A model generated the notes under the pieces. That model had not been told where the DNA came from, made no database searches, and saw nothing but the letters and a program-made list of their open reading frames with translations. A DNA stretch of 62,538 nucleotides, counting the filler, from Deltaproteobacteria bacterium (GTDB taxonomy: Bacteria > JAUYMQ01): NCBI GenBank assembly GCA_030698575.1. It is 11 parts of 11 records of this genome, joined end to end, with 100 filler letters (N's around TTAATTAATTAA, not from the genome) between each part and the next. Parts side by side here need not be neighbours in the genome. Positions count along the whole stretch, not along the records: positions 16,733 to 20,622 come from JAUYMQ010000096.1; positions 20,723 to 24,124 come from JAUYMQ010000107.1; positions 24,225 to 27,042 come from JAUYMQ010000288.1; 8 more parts are not named here. The stretch is one strand, 5' to 3'. Made by a program: the position numbers and the translations under genes. The number at the start of each line of letters is the position of its first letter. Within the stretch, counting starts at the first letter, position 1. Shown one piece after another: positions 16,733 to 27,142 of this stretch.

Positions 16733-18580
16733 TTCCGGCACGATCCGGAGGTCCAGGTGCTCCTCGCCACGGACGCCGCGGGCGAGGGCGTCAACCTCCA
16801 GCGCGCTCACCTCATGGTGAACTATGACCTGCCATGGAACCCGAACCGCATCGAGCAGCGCTTCGGGCGCATCCACCGGATCGGCCAGACGGAGGTCTGC
16901 CATCTGTGGAACCTGGTGGCCGAGGAGACGAGGGAAGGGGACGTCTATCGCACCCTGCTGGACAAGCTCGAGCAGGCGCGTCAGGCCCTTGGCGGCCAGG
17001 TGTTCAACGTCCTCGGCAAGCTCCAGTTCGAGGGCCGGCCGCTGCGCGAGCTGCTGATCCAGGCGATCCGCTACGGTGAGCAGCCCGAGGTGCGCGCGCG
17101 CCTCACGCAAGTGGTGGCCAACGCCTTCGACCGGAGCCAGCTCCAGGACCTGCTCGAAGAGCGCGCCCTCGCGCACGACGCCATGGACGCCAGCCGCGTC
17201 TACCGCATCCGCGAGGAGATGGAGCGGGCCGAAGCCCGGCGGCTCCAGCCGCATTACATCGAGTCCTTCTTCCTGGAGGCATTCCAGCGCCTCGGCGGCA
17301 CGGTGAAGCAGCGGGAGCCGAGGCGGTATGAAGTCACCCACGTCCCGGCGCCGGTCCGCAACCGCGACCGCCTCATCGGCGTCGGCCAGCCGGTGCTCCA
17401 CCGGTACGAGCGGATCGCCTTCGAGAAGGCGCTCGTGGCGCCACAGGGCCAGCCGCTGGCCGCCTTCGTCTGCCCGGGACATCCGCTGCTCGACGCCGCC
17501 ATCGACCTGATGCTGGAGCGGCACCGGGATCTCCTCCGGCGGGGCACGGTGCTTGTGGATGAGCGCGACCCGGGCATGGAGCCCCGTGTGCTCTTCTATC
17601 TGGAGCACGCGATCCAGGACGCGAGCTTGACCCGTTCCGGCGAGCGGCGCGTTGTGTCCAAGCGCATGCTCTACGTGGAGCTCGATGCCGCCGGCAAGGC
17701 CCGCCACCTGCACTACGCCCCCTACCTCGACTATCGGCCGCTCACAGCCGACGAGCCCACGATCGACGCCATCCTCGGCCGCCCCGAGTGCGCGTGGATC
17801 ACCCGCGAGCTGGAGCAGGCCGCGCAGGCCCACGCCATCACCCACGTCGTGCCCGAGCACCTCGAAGAAGTCCGCTCCCGCAAGCTGGCGCTGGCTGCCA
17901 AGACCGAGACCGCGGTCAAGGACCGGCTCACCAAGGAAATCACGTACTGGGACCATCGTGCCGAGGAGCTCAAGCTCCAGGAGCGGGCCGGGCGGCCGAA
18001 CGCCCGGCTGAACTCCGGCGAGGCCCGCAAACGCGCCGACGCGCTGCAGGCCCGCCTCGAGAAGCGCCTGGACGAACTCAAGCTGGAGCGTCAGATTGCT
18101 CCTCTGCCGCCTGTGATCCTGGGCGGCCTTCTAGTCGTGCCCGCAGGGCTCATCGCCGCGATGACGCGCCGTCCGCTCCCGCCGACGGCGGTGTCCGCGG
18201 ATACCCAGGCATCCGCCGCTCGAGCCCGCGCGATCGTGATGGAGATCGAGCGCAGCCTCGGCTTCGACCCAACCGACCGCGAGTACGACAAACGCGGCTA
18301 CGACATCGAAAGCCGTGTGCCCGGGACGGGGAAGCTGCGCTTCATCGAGGTCAAGGGTCGCGTGGCCGGGGCGGCCACCATCACGGTCACCAGGAACGAG
18401 ATCCTCTACTCGCTCAACAAGCCCGAGGACTTCATCCTGGCCATCGTCGAGTTCCTCGATGGCGACACACACCGCGTGCACTACATGCGCCGCCCGTTCC
18501 AGCGTGAGCCGGACTTCGGCGTGACGAGCGTGAACTACGACTTCGGGGACCTCCTGGCTCGGGCGGAGGGGCCGAGATGA
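16733..18580 (+). CDS. SNF2-family helicase C-terminal part with DUF3883 (PD-(D/E)xK-like) domain (5' truncated)
   Basis: ATDAAGEGVNLQ, NYDLPWNPNRIEQRFGRIHRIGQ; C-terminal GYDIES...FIEVKGR...VTRNE. Confidence 0.92.
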   Translation, partial: FRHDPEVQVLLATDAAGEGVNLQRAHLMVNYDLPWNPNRIEQRFGRIHRIGQTEVCHLWNLVAEETREGDVYRTLLDKLEQARQALGGQVFNVLGKLQFEGRPLRELLIQAIRYGEQPEVRARLTQVVANAFDRSQLQDLLEERALAHDAMDASRVYRIREEMERAEARRLQPHYIESFFLEAFQRLGGTVKQREPRRYEVTHVPAPVRNRDRLIGVGQPVLHRYERIAFEKALVAPQGQPLAAFVCPGHPLLDAAIDLMLERHRDLLRRGTVLVDERDPGMEPRVLFYLEHAIQDASLTRSGERRVVSKRMLYVELDAAGKARHLHYAPYLDYRPLTADEPTIDAILGRPECAWITRELEQAAQAHAITHVVPEHLEEVRSRKLALAAKTETAVKDRLTKEITYWDHRAEELKLQERAGRPNARLNSGEARKRADALQARLEKRLDELKLERQIAPLPPVILGGLLVVPAGLIAAMTRRPLPPTAVSADTQASAARARAIVMEIERSLGFDPTDREYDKRGYDIESRVPGTGKLRFIEVKGRVAGAATITVTRNEILYSLNKPEDFILAIVEFLDGDTHRVHYMRRPFQREPDFGVTSVNYDFGDLLARAEGPR

Positions 18581-19002
18581 CCACCCCCGACGAGTTCCAC
18601 GCCCTGCTTGACAGCCCCGAGGGAAGCCGCGTCGAGTTCAAGATGGCATCGCGGGGCTTCCACTTCGTTGAACACCTCATCGAACTCGGCGTTCTGGAGC
18701 CGGTCGGGCACGGCCGCGGGGCCCGGCTGCTTCTTTCGCGGCGCTTCTACCGCCACCTCGGCAAGGCCGGGGTCTACACGCGCAAGCGGGGACTCGACCG
18801 CGAGACGAACAAGGCGCTGCTGGTTCGCCATCTTCGGGAGAGCGGGCACGCGGGCTGTCCCTTATCCGAGTTGCAGCAGGTCCTCCCGGCCCAGTCGCGG
18901 GATCAACTCAAGCGTCTGCTCGCAGAGCTGCGCCGCGAAGGGCGCGTGCGGCTCGTCGGACTGCGCCGCGGGGCACGCTGGCTCGCGGGCGGAGGCGAAT
19001 GA
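18577..19002 (+). pseudogene. Internally deleted AlbA_2(Schlafen)/wHTH protein
   Basis: First ~30 aa (EGSRVEFK) match the start of an AlbA_2 domain and are joined directly to a C-terminal wHTH region (YTRKRGLDRETNKALL...LAELRREGRV...ARW); the core is missing. Confidence 0.65.
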
Positions 19003-19127
19003 ATGGTGCAGCGGACCGCACCGGAAATCCGCTTTTGCGCCATAAGATTGCGCCATATCGCCGTAACACCCTGGAATAGCACGACTTCTATGGTGCGTCT
19101 CGGGGCGGCGCCAAAAGTTCCGACGCA

Positions 19128-19286
19128 ATGACCACCCGTAAGAAGCTCATCGAGGTGGCGCTGCCGCTGGAGGCGATCAACAAGGCGTCGGCGCGGGAGA
19201 AGTCCGTGCGGCATGGGCAACCGGCCATGCTATCTGAGAGCCAGCCTCCGCGGCGGCTGCCGGCCGGGGCGGGGAAGCCAGCGTGA
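19128..19286 (+). pseudogene. DUF1156 (adenine-methyltransferase-associated) N-terminal remnant, 52 aa, absent from the ORF track
   Basis: [30 protein letters not shown] then decays (the family normally continues HPSTLHLWWARRPL); TGA at 19284-19286. Confidence 0.8.
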
Positions 19287-19299
19287 GAGGACACCATCC

Positions 19300-20622
19300 G
19301 TGATCACCAGGTTGTCGATCAGGAACTTCAAGCTGTTCGACGAAGTCGACCTCGAGCTCGGCGACCGCGTGGTGCTCATCGGCCCCAACAACGCCGGCAA
19401 GACATCGGCCTTGCAGGCGCTCGGCCTCTGGGACATCGGCGTCAAGCGGTGGGTCGAAAAACGAGGCGCCGGCAACGTACCGAAGGAGCGCCCTGGGGTA
19501 ACCATCAACCGGCGGGACCTCATCACGGTCCCGGTGCCGGCGGCGAACCTGCTCTGGCGCGATTTGCACACACAGGAAACCGCGCGCGGCGCCGGAACGA
19601 AAAAGGTCTACATCAACGTGACCGTCGAGGGTGTCTCCGGTGGCAAGCCCTGGAAATGCGGCTTGGAGTTCTACTACGCCAACGAGGAGTCACTCTATTG
19701 TCGCTCCCTGCCCTCGGCAGATGGCGGGCGGATGGAGGTTCCGCCGGAAGCTGCTCGGACCCGCATTGCCTACCTGCCTCCCATGTCCGGCCTCGCGGCG
19801 AATGAGACCCGGCTCGACGAGGGCGCGATCAACGTCCGTCTCGGCGAGGGACGCACCGCCGAGGTCATGCGCAACCTCTGCTACCAGGTGCTGCAGAGTG
19901 AGGAGGGGGACGCCAGGTGGCAGCGGATCACGGAGCGGATGGAAGCCCTGTTCGGCTCGCGGCTCGATCCGCCGGAATACATCAGGGAGCGGGGCGAGAT
20001 CGTGATGTCCTACCACGCGCGAGGCAGCGTCCGGCTCGACATCTCCTCCAGCGGCCGCGGCCAGCAGCAGACGTTGTTGCTGCTCGCTCACATGACGGTA
20101 AACCCCGGCGCGGTGCTGCTCCTCGACGAGCCGGATGCGCATCTGGAGATCCTGCGCCAGCGGCAGATCTACCAGGTGCTCGCCGAGACGGCCGCGGAGA
20201 CAGGCAGCCAGATCATCGCCGCCAGCCACTCCGAGGTCCTTCTCAACGAGGCGGCGGACCGCGACGTGGTGATCGCCTTTGTCGGCAAGCCGCACCGCAT
20301 CGATGACCGCGGCAGCCAGGTGCTGAAAGCACTCAAGGAGATCGGCTTCGAGCACTATTACCAGGCGGAGGAGGTCGGCTGGGTGCTCTACCTGGAAGGC
20401 TCCACGGATCTCGCGATCCTGCGAGCTTTCGCCACACGGCTGGGCCACGCCGCCAAGGCGGTCCTCGATCGTCCGTTTGTGCATTACGTCGGCAACCAGC
20501 CGCGTGAGGCGCAGAAACACTTCTACGGCCTGCGCGAAGCGAAGCCCGATCTCGCGGGCATCGCCCTCTACGATCGGCTGGAGCAGGAACCGCCTCCTGA
20601 TCCGCAGCTCATGCAGCTCATG
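19300..20622 (+). CDS. OLD-like ABC ATPase with C-terminal TOPRIM-like domain (3' truncated)
   Basis: GTG start with GAGAGGA; IRNFK, GPNNAGKT, SSGRGQQQ signature, LLLDEPDAHL, ASHS, YLEGSTD...LYDR. Confidence 0.82.
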
Positions 20623-20722
20623 NNNNNNNNNNNNNNNNNNNNNNNNNNNNNNNNNNNNNNNNNNNNTTAATTAATTAANNNNNNNNNNNNNNNNNNNNNN
20701 NNNNNNNNNNNNNNNNNNNNNN

Positions 20723-23700
20723 GCCGAGTCGAGTATGAGCTGGTGCCGCCGGCCGAGGTCCCCGAGATCCTTCTGCGCCCGTGTGCGCTCGATGGCATTG
20801 GCGGTGATCTCGCCGACGATGCGTAACAGCCGGACGGTTTCCTCTGACCATTCCCGTTCTCTCCGTACGGAATGAAAGCCGAGGAACCCGATCTGTTCGC
20901 CCTTGGAGAGCAGCGGCACGGCGACGAGGCTGCGGATCCCCTCCCGTTCGAACTCGTGCGCCAGCAGCTCACTCCCCGGCGGGAGATCCGAGAGGCGCGT
21001 TATCACCACTATTCCGGATTCGAGCAGCTCGCGAGCGAAGCGTGGTGCGGCATCTTGCGGCATTTTCCTCACGCGGTCGATCTTCGGCTCCACTCCCTCC
21101 GCGCACCACTCGTAGACGCTCTCGAGGATTCGCGGATCCCGGTCATAGAGAAAGAGCCGGCTGCGGTCGGACCGCGTGAATTCGCCTGTCAGGCGGATCA
21201 TCTCCTCGATGGCCTGGTCGAGGTTCTCGGGAACAACGCTGAGGAAGGCCTGTGAGATGCTCGCGATGAGCTTTTCAAAACCGACCTGGTAGGCCAGCGC
21301 CTTTTCCGCCAGCTTCAGCTCGGTGATGTCCTTCGCGTAGACCGTCGCGCCGCGGACCACCCCGCTTGCGACGACGGGGTTGAACGAAACGATGAAATAG
21401 TGTTTTTTCCCGTCAAGCCGCCAGGCCGTGTCCGCGGCGAAGCTTTCGCCGGCGAGGGCGCGGTCGAGCTGTGATCGCAGGTAGTCGCGTATCGGCTCCA
21501 TCGTGGGGCCCGTCAGGAGGTCGTCCGTCGACTTTCCCACCGCGGGTTCGGTCCGGAAAGCCTGTCGGAACTGCTCGCGGAAGAAGGAGTTGAACGCGAC
21601 AATCCGTTTCTCGGCGTCGACGGACCAGATCGCCTCGGAGGCGTTCTCGATGAGGGAGGCGAGCTTTTCCTCCGATTCCCTCACCTCGACTTCCGCCCGC
21701 TCGCGTTCGGCCACCTCCTGCTCGAGCGCCCCGATCACGTTGCGGAGCTCGGCCGTGCGCTCCTCGACGCGCCGCTCCAGTTCGTCCCTGGCGTCACGCA
21801 GCGCGTTCTCCGCCTCCTTCCTTGCCGTGATGTCCACCCCGGTCGAGATGCGCGATCCGGTCGGGAGCTTGAAGTTGGCCCAGAGCTGGACGCGGGGCGT
21901 GCCGTCCTTCGCCCTGGCCTCGTACTCACGGAACCGCCCGTCGGCGCGCTGGATGACCTCTAAAACCTTCGCCCGGATTTCGGGATCCGGATAAGAGAGC
22001 GCGAGCGGATCATCGCTTTCGAGGATCTCCTGCCGCGTCCAGCCGAGCGTCTTCTCGCACTCCTTGTTCCAGAGCAAACAGCGGCCGTTCTCGTCGAAGC
22101 TGTCGACGAGAATCGGCGCGTTCTCGAAGATGGCCCTGAACCGCTCCTCGCTGTCCATCAGGGCCTTGAGGTCCCGCTTCCGGGCCGTGATGTCCCGGGC
22201 GAACACGATGTAGCGTCCCCCCTCATCGTCCGGGAGATAGTTCACACTGATCTCGACGTTGATCTGGCTCCCGTCCTTTCGCCGGTGCCGGGTCTCGAAC
22301 CGGTGGCCCCCCCCGCGCCTGAGCGCCAGCAGGTTCCTGGCGATGGTCTTCTCGGAGGCGATCCCTTCGAGTTCGGGGAGCCCCATGCGCAGGATCTCGT
22401 CGCGTGAATAGCCGGTCATCACGCAGTAGGAGTCGTTCACCTCGATGAACCTGGCTTTCGCGTCGAGCACGAAGAAGCCGTCAATGGCCGTGCGCAGGAT
22501 GATCTCGTTGCGACGGTGGCTCTCGGTGAGCGCCTGGGTTCGCTCGTTGACCCGACGTTCCATTTCGGCGCTCGCCCGCCGACGATCGCTGATGTCCTCG
22601 ACCATCTCGAGTCCATATAGAGGTTTTCCCTCAGTGTCCCTTATGACGCTCGATGTGAGGCTCGCCCACAGCACTTCCCCGTTCTTCTTCAGGTAGCGTT
22701 TTTCCGTGGTGTAGGACGGGATCTCGCCGGCGAAGAGTCGGCGAACATGGCTCACGTTTTGGTCGATGTCGTCGGGGTGGGTGATATGAGCGAAGCGCCT
22801 TCCGATGAGGTCGGTCTCGGAGTACCCCAGCATTCTGCAGAACGTACTGTTGATCCGGAGGAAGGCGAAGTCGGGATCGACGAGAGCCATTCCCAGCGGC
22901 CCCTCCTCGAACACCTTCTGGAATCGCTGAGCGTTCTCACGCACAGCCTCCTCGGCGTTGCGCCTTACGGTGAGATCGGTGCAGAGGCCGGTGAGGCGCC
23001 AGCGACCGAGCCCGATCGGCTCGATGCGCACGTCTTCGTGGATCCAGCGCGTCTCGCCGGACACGTCGAGGCAGGCCAACTCCTGGCTGTAGGAAGGCTC
23101 TCCCTTCCGGATGGCTTCGGCCATGGCCCTGCGGGCGTTTTCGCCATCGGGATCGCTCCGGGACCGCAGGAAGGCCTGGCCATAGCCTTCGCCGCGGCGC
23201 AGGCGCAACGGGAGAAAGGCCTGCGCCGCCAGGTCGTCGAGCGGCGCCGGAGCCCACCTGGCGGAACTCCCGGGAGAGTCCACCGTGGCCTGCCAGAGCA
23301 GGCAGCGGGCGCTCGACAGAACCAACTCGAGAGCATTCTCGGTACGCCTTCGTTCCGTGACGTCCCGAAGAATCGAAACCAGCCACGGTCGCTTTCCTCC
23401 CCGAAGAACCCAGCTGGATACTTCGACGTTGAAGCGCGAAGCGTCCCTACGGACATGAGTGGCCTCGATTACGCTGTGCTGATTGCGGAGGAGTTTTCGG
23501 AGGAGGGATCTGAACTGGTTGCGGTAGGGCGGGGCGATGAATTCCGTCACATTCATCCCGCGGATCGCACGCTCGGGGTAGCCGTACCATCGGGCGGCGG
23601 CGCTATTCGCGTGGAGGAGGGTGCCTGCCCGATCGTAGACGAGGACAGCTTGCTCGGAATCTTCGAAGACTCGCTCCAGAAGGAGGCGCGTCAGCTCTTC

Positions 23701-23748
23701 GTCATCGTCGCGGGCGGACGGCTTGGGGCGGGCTTCGCCGCGGCTCAT
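20723..23748 (-). CDS. Multi-PAS/GAF sensor protein (output domain lost at spacer)
   Basis: About six PAS/PAC units ending RDVTERR, TDLTVRR, EDISDRR, RDITARK, VDITARK, KDITELK; two ERRVxERT helices; GAF (EWCAEG...SLVAVPL...GFLGF). Confidence 0.9.
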
Positions 23749-24224
23749 GGAGGTGGAAAGGGCCGGGGAGAGGGATCCGGAGAGGACAGAATCGAAGACG
23801 CGGCCTGCTTTCCGGCGAAGGGTCCCTGCCTCACGGGCGGGAAGATCGCCCAGCAGGGTGATGGTGCGATCGCGAAGCGCGCCAAGAAGAAGCGCGCGCG
23901 TGACGGGATCGGTCGTTCCCCGGTCGCGCCCTCGCGCCCAGGCGTACCTTCACTTCGGCCAGGAGGTTTCGGAGAAGGCGCCGCTCGCCGGCTGTCCGGG
24001 CCCCGGCGCCCGCCGCGGCGAGGCGCTTCTCGTTCAGCGCCAGCCAGCGGGCCAGGCGAAGGGCCGGCGTCCGGGCCTCCGGTTTCGCCCGGGGTGTGGA
24101 ACGCTTGGATCGCGGCTTGCGGGANNNNNNNNNNNNNNNNNNNNNNNNNNNNNNNNNNNNNNNNNNNNTTAATTAATTAANNNNNNNNNNNNNNNNNNNN
24201 NNNNNNNNNNNNNNNNNNNNNNNN

Positions 24225-24578
24225 GACTTCGACCTTGAGGAGGGCGAGATAGCGCTCGCCTTCCTTGGGCGGGCGGACCTGGCCCATGATCGTATCGCCG
24301 GTGCGCAGGTCGAACCGCTTGATCTGGCTGGGCGAGACGTAGATGTCGTCGGGGCCGTACAGGTAGTTCCAGTCGGGACTGCGGAGGAACCCATAGCCTT
24401 CGGGCAGAATCTCCAGGACGCCCTCGCCCCGAAGAACGGTGTCGGAGTCGAGCAGCGATTGCTCGATCCGGAATATGAGATCCTGCTTGCGGAGCCCGGA
24501 GTAGTTGGTGATGTTGAGGCTCTCGGCCATCGCGTGCAGTTCCGCGACGGACTTTCTCTTCAGTTCGGCGATATCCAC
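24225..24578 (-). CDS. rho: Transcription termination factor Rho, N-terminal part
   Basis: GTG start; LRKQDLIF, GEGVLEILPEGYGFLRS, DDIYVSPSQIKRFDLRTGD, RPPKEGERYLALLKVE. Confidence 0.96.
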
Positions 24579-24717
24579 GTGTGCTTCAGCTCCATGTTGC
24601 GATAAGGCGGGGGAAACCCCTGGGGGAGTGGTTCTCGTTGATAATGGAAACTTGGGAATGTGGCGGTGTGCGAAGGAAGGATAGTAGGCCGCCATCAACC
24701 GGGCGTCAAGACCGGCG

Positions 24718-25851
24718 GTGAGCCTAGCCCCCTTCCTGCTGGCGTGGCGGACCATCCCCCTCCACGACCGCGAAGTCGTTGACGCGCTTGTAGATCCCGC
24801 GCACGCCACGCCCTCCGCGCCGCTCGGCGCCGTACTCGCCGCGTGGCCCGGCACCTACTACTGGTCCGACGAGCCCGACGGCCGCCACCTCGTGCTCACC
24901 CGCGTCACGAGCCCGCGGCGCCGCGAATCGTGGGGATGGCACGCGCTGCTCGCGCTGATCACGCTGTTCACCACCACCGTCGCGGGATCGATGATTGCCG
25001 GCGGCGTCTCGCCCGACGTCGGCTTTGGATTCGGGGCCCTCGCCCAGGGCCTGGACTTCCTGGTACCGCTCTCCTGGGGCCTTTCGTTTTCGCTGCCGCT
25101 GTTTGCGATCCTGCTGTGTCATGAGATGGGGCATTACCTGACGGCGCGGTACTACCAGCTCGACGTTTCGCCCCCCTACTTCCTCCCCGGTCCGCCGCCC
25201 GTGCCGCCGCTCCCCGGCATCGGCACGCTGGGAGCCTTCATCCGGCTGCGCACCCTGCTCACCGACCGCCGCCAGCTGCTCGACGTCGGGGCGATGGGTC
25301 CGTTTGCCGGCTTTCTCGTCGCCCTCCCCACGCTCTGGATTGGCCTGGCGCTGAGCACGCCCCTCCCCGTGGACCAGACGCTGCCGTGGGAGCCGGTGGG
25401 TGAAGGGATGATCCTGCTGGTCGGGGGCGTCGGCGTCACACCGCTCGGCGACTCGCTCATCACGCTGCTGCTCCGCCAGCTCACGTTCCCGGAAGGCGGC
25501 ATCATTGGGCTGCACCCGGCGGCGTTCGCCGGATGGGTCGGCATGTTCGTGACCATGCTGAACCTGCTGCCGATGGGTCAGCTCGATGGTGGCCACATTC
25601 TGTTCGCGGCGCTGCCGCGCTGGCACCGCCGGGTGGCGGTCGGGTTCTGGATCTGCGTGATGTTGCTGGGGATGTTCTGGCGTGGCTGGCTGTTCTGGGG
25701 CTTCATCGTGCTGCTCTTGTCGCGCGGCCGATTCGTGCATCCGCCGGTGCTCGACGTCTATCGCCCCCTCCCGCCCTCCCGGCGCTGGCTCGCCTGGGCG
25801 AGCCTGGTGTTGTTCCTGCTTACTTTCGCGCCCGTACCGTTCCGCTCGTAA
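24718..25851 (+). CDS. Site-2 (M50) intramembrane metalloprotease
   Basis: HEMGH and NLLPMGQLDGGH; TM-rich. Confidence 0.92.
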   Translation: MSLAPFLLAWRTIPLHDREVVDALVDPAHATPSAPLGAVLAAWPGTYYWSDEPDGRHLVLTRVTSPRRRESWGWHALLALITLFTTTVAGSMIAGGVSPDVGFGFGALAQGLDFLVPLSWGLSFSLPLFAILLCHEMGHYLTARYYQLDVSPPYFLPGPPPVPPLPGIGTLGAFIRLRTLLTDRRQLLDVGAMGPFAGFLVALPTLWIGLALSTPLPVDQTLPWEPVGEGMILLVGGVGVTPLGDSLITLLLRQLTFPEGGIIGLHPAAFAGWVGMFVTMLNLLPMGQLDGGHILFAALPRWHRRVAVGFWICVMLLGMFWRGWLFWGFIVLLLSRGRFVHPPVLDVYRPLPPSRRWLAWASLVLFLLTFAPVPFRS

Positions 25852-25854
25852 GGC

Positions 25855-25924
25855 GTGCGCGGTAAGCGGTGAGCGGTACGCGGGCAGGCCGGCCCGCGCA
25901 CCGCGTACCGCGTACCTCTCGCAC
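25855..25924. repeat. Heptamer-based inverted repeat (REP-like hairpin)
   Basis: GCGGTAA-GCGGTGA-GCGGTAC-GCGG ... CCGCGCA-CCGCGTA-CCGCGTA-CC, bounded by GTGCG/CGCAC. Confidence 0.75.
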
Positions 25925-25950
25925 TATTGCATAACCTCAAGCCATCTACA

Positions 25951-26265
25951 ATGTTGTTTCAAACCAGCCCCTGGATCGGCATGCCAGCCCAACCTGTCCG
26001 ATACTCGCCCGCTGCAGCTTCTGATACGGTCCTTCACGACCTCGCTCCCATCCGCTTCGACGGTCAACCCATAGACATTCGTCTCTCCCTGCGCCGCAGT
26101 GAAGATGGCATGTGGCGGGGCCGGATTTTGTTCGGGGCGGAAGGCACCGAGGCCGAGCGCTCCAGCGCCGAAATCTTCTGCGCGACGTCGGAGCAAGACC
26201 TCTGGCAGTCGGTGCGCGATCTGCGCGATCATCACCTCCGCGACCTCTATCGCTCGCTGCTGTGA
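25951..26265 (+). CDS. Hypothetical protein
   Basis: Plausible globular ORF (WRGRILF...EIFC...LRDLYRSLL); its TGA overlaps the next ATG. Confidence 0.7.
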   Translation: MLFQTSPWIGMPAQPVRYSPAAASDTVLHDLAPIRFDGQPIDIRLSLRRSEDGMWRGRILFGAEGTEAERSSAEIFCATSEQDLWQSVRDLRDHHLRDLYRSLL

Positions 26266-26453
26266 TGGCGGATTCGCGGACCGCGATGTCGAAGCTGCGG
26301 CACGACTTGTCCAACCCCCTTGCGGCGATTCTCGCCGAAACCCAGCTGCTGCTGCTGTCCCCCGAAAAGCTCGATGCGGAAGCGCTCGCCGGGCTCAAGC
26401 AGATCGAGGATCTCGCGCGCAAGATGCGTCAGCTGCTCCAAGACATCGAGTGA
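26265..26453 (+). CDS. Stand-alone histidine kinase DHp (HisKA) mini-protein, 62 aa
   Basis: KLRHDLSNPLAAILAETQLL H-box plus second helix; TGATG coupling to the upstream gene. Confidence 0.8.
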   Translation: MADSRTAMSKLRHDLSNPLAAILAETQLLLLSPEKLDAEALAGLKQIEDLARKMRQLLQDIE

Positions 26454-26649
26454 GCCGGCGGCATCGCCCGCGGTACTGTCCGCCCACCGCGTGGTGGCAT
26501 CCCCGCCCCTTCTTTAATAGGGTCAGTCGGGGCGGAGCCCGGGTGATGCGCGTCATAGCCCGCCGCCGCGGCGCGCGGTAGCCTTCGCCCCTTGCGGGGC
26601 CTTCCACCCCCGGCATCTTTTCACCCCCTTCTCGCGGCGGAGTTGGCGC

Positions 26650-27042
26650 TTGGCCGGTCGGCGGTATCTGATCCTGGGTGTGAGCTGTTTTGGGGGCCTC
26701 GCGGGCCTGGCCTGTGCCGGCGGCCGGCCGGCACCCGTCACACCCGCTGAGATCCCCGCCCTTCAAGCCCGCGCCCGCCAGCAGCCCAACGATGCCCAGA
26801 TCCGGTTCCGGCTCGCCGCCGCGCTGCTCGCCGCCAGCCGCTGCGATACCGCCGTCGTCGTCGCCCGCTCAGGCCAGCTGCTGGCGCCGGCCGATCCGCT
26901 CGCGCCGATGATCATCGGCGGCTGCCAGGAGAAGGACGGCCGCTACGATCTGGCGTTTGCGACGTACACCGACTACGCGCGGCAATACCCGCAGGCGCGC
27001 GGCGTGGCCGCCGTGCGCGGCGCCGCGCAGCTCGCGCTGCGC
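26650..27042 (+). CDS. TPR-containing lipoprotein (3' truncated)
   Basis: GLAC lipobox followed by TPR-like helices. Confidence 0.6.
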
Positions 27043-27142
27043 NNNNNNNNNNNNNNNNNNNNNNNNNNNNNNNNNNNNNNNNNNNNTTAATTAATTAANN
27101 NNNNNNNNNNNNNNNNNNNNNNNNNNNNNNNNNNNNNNNNNN

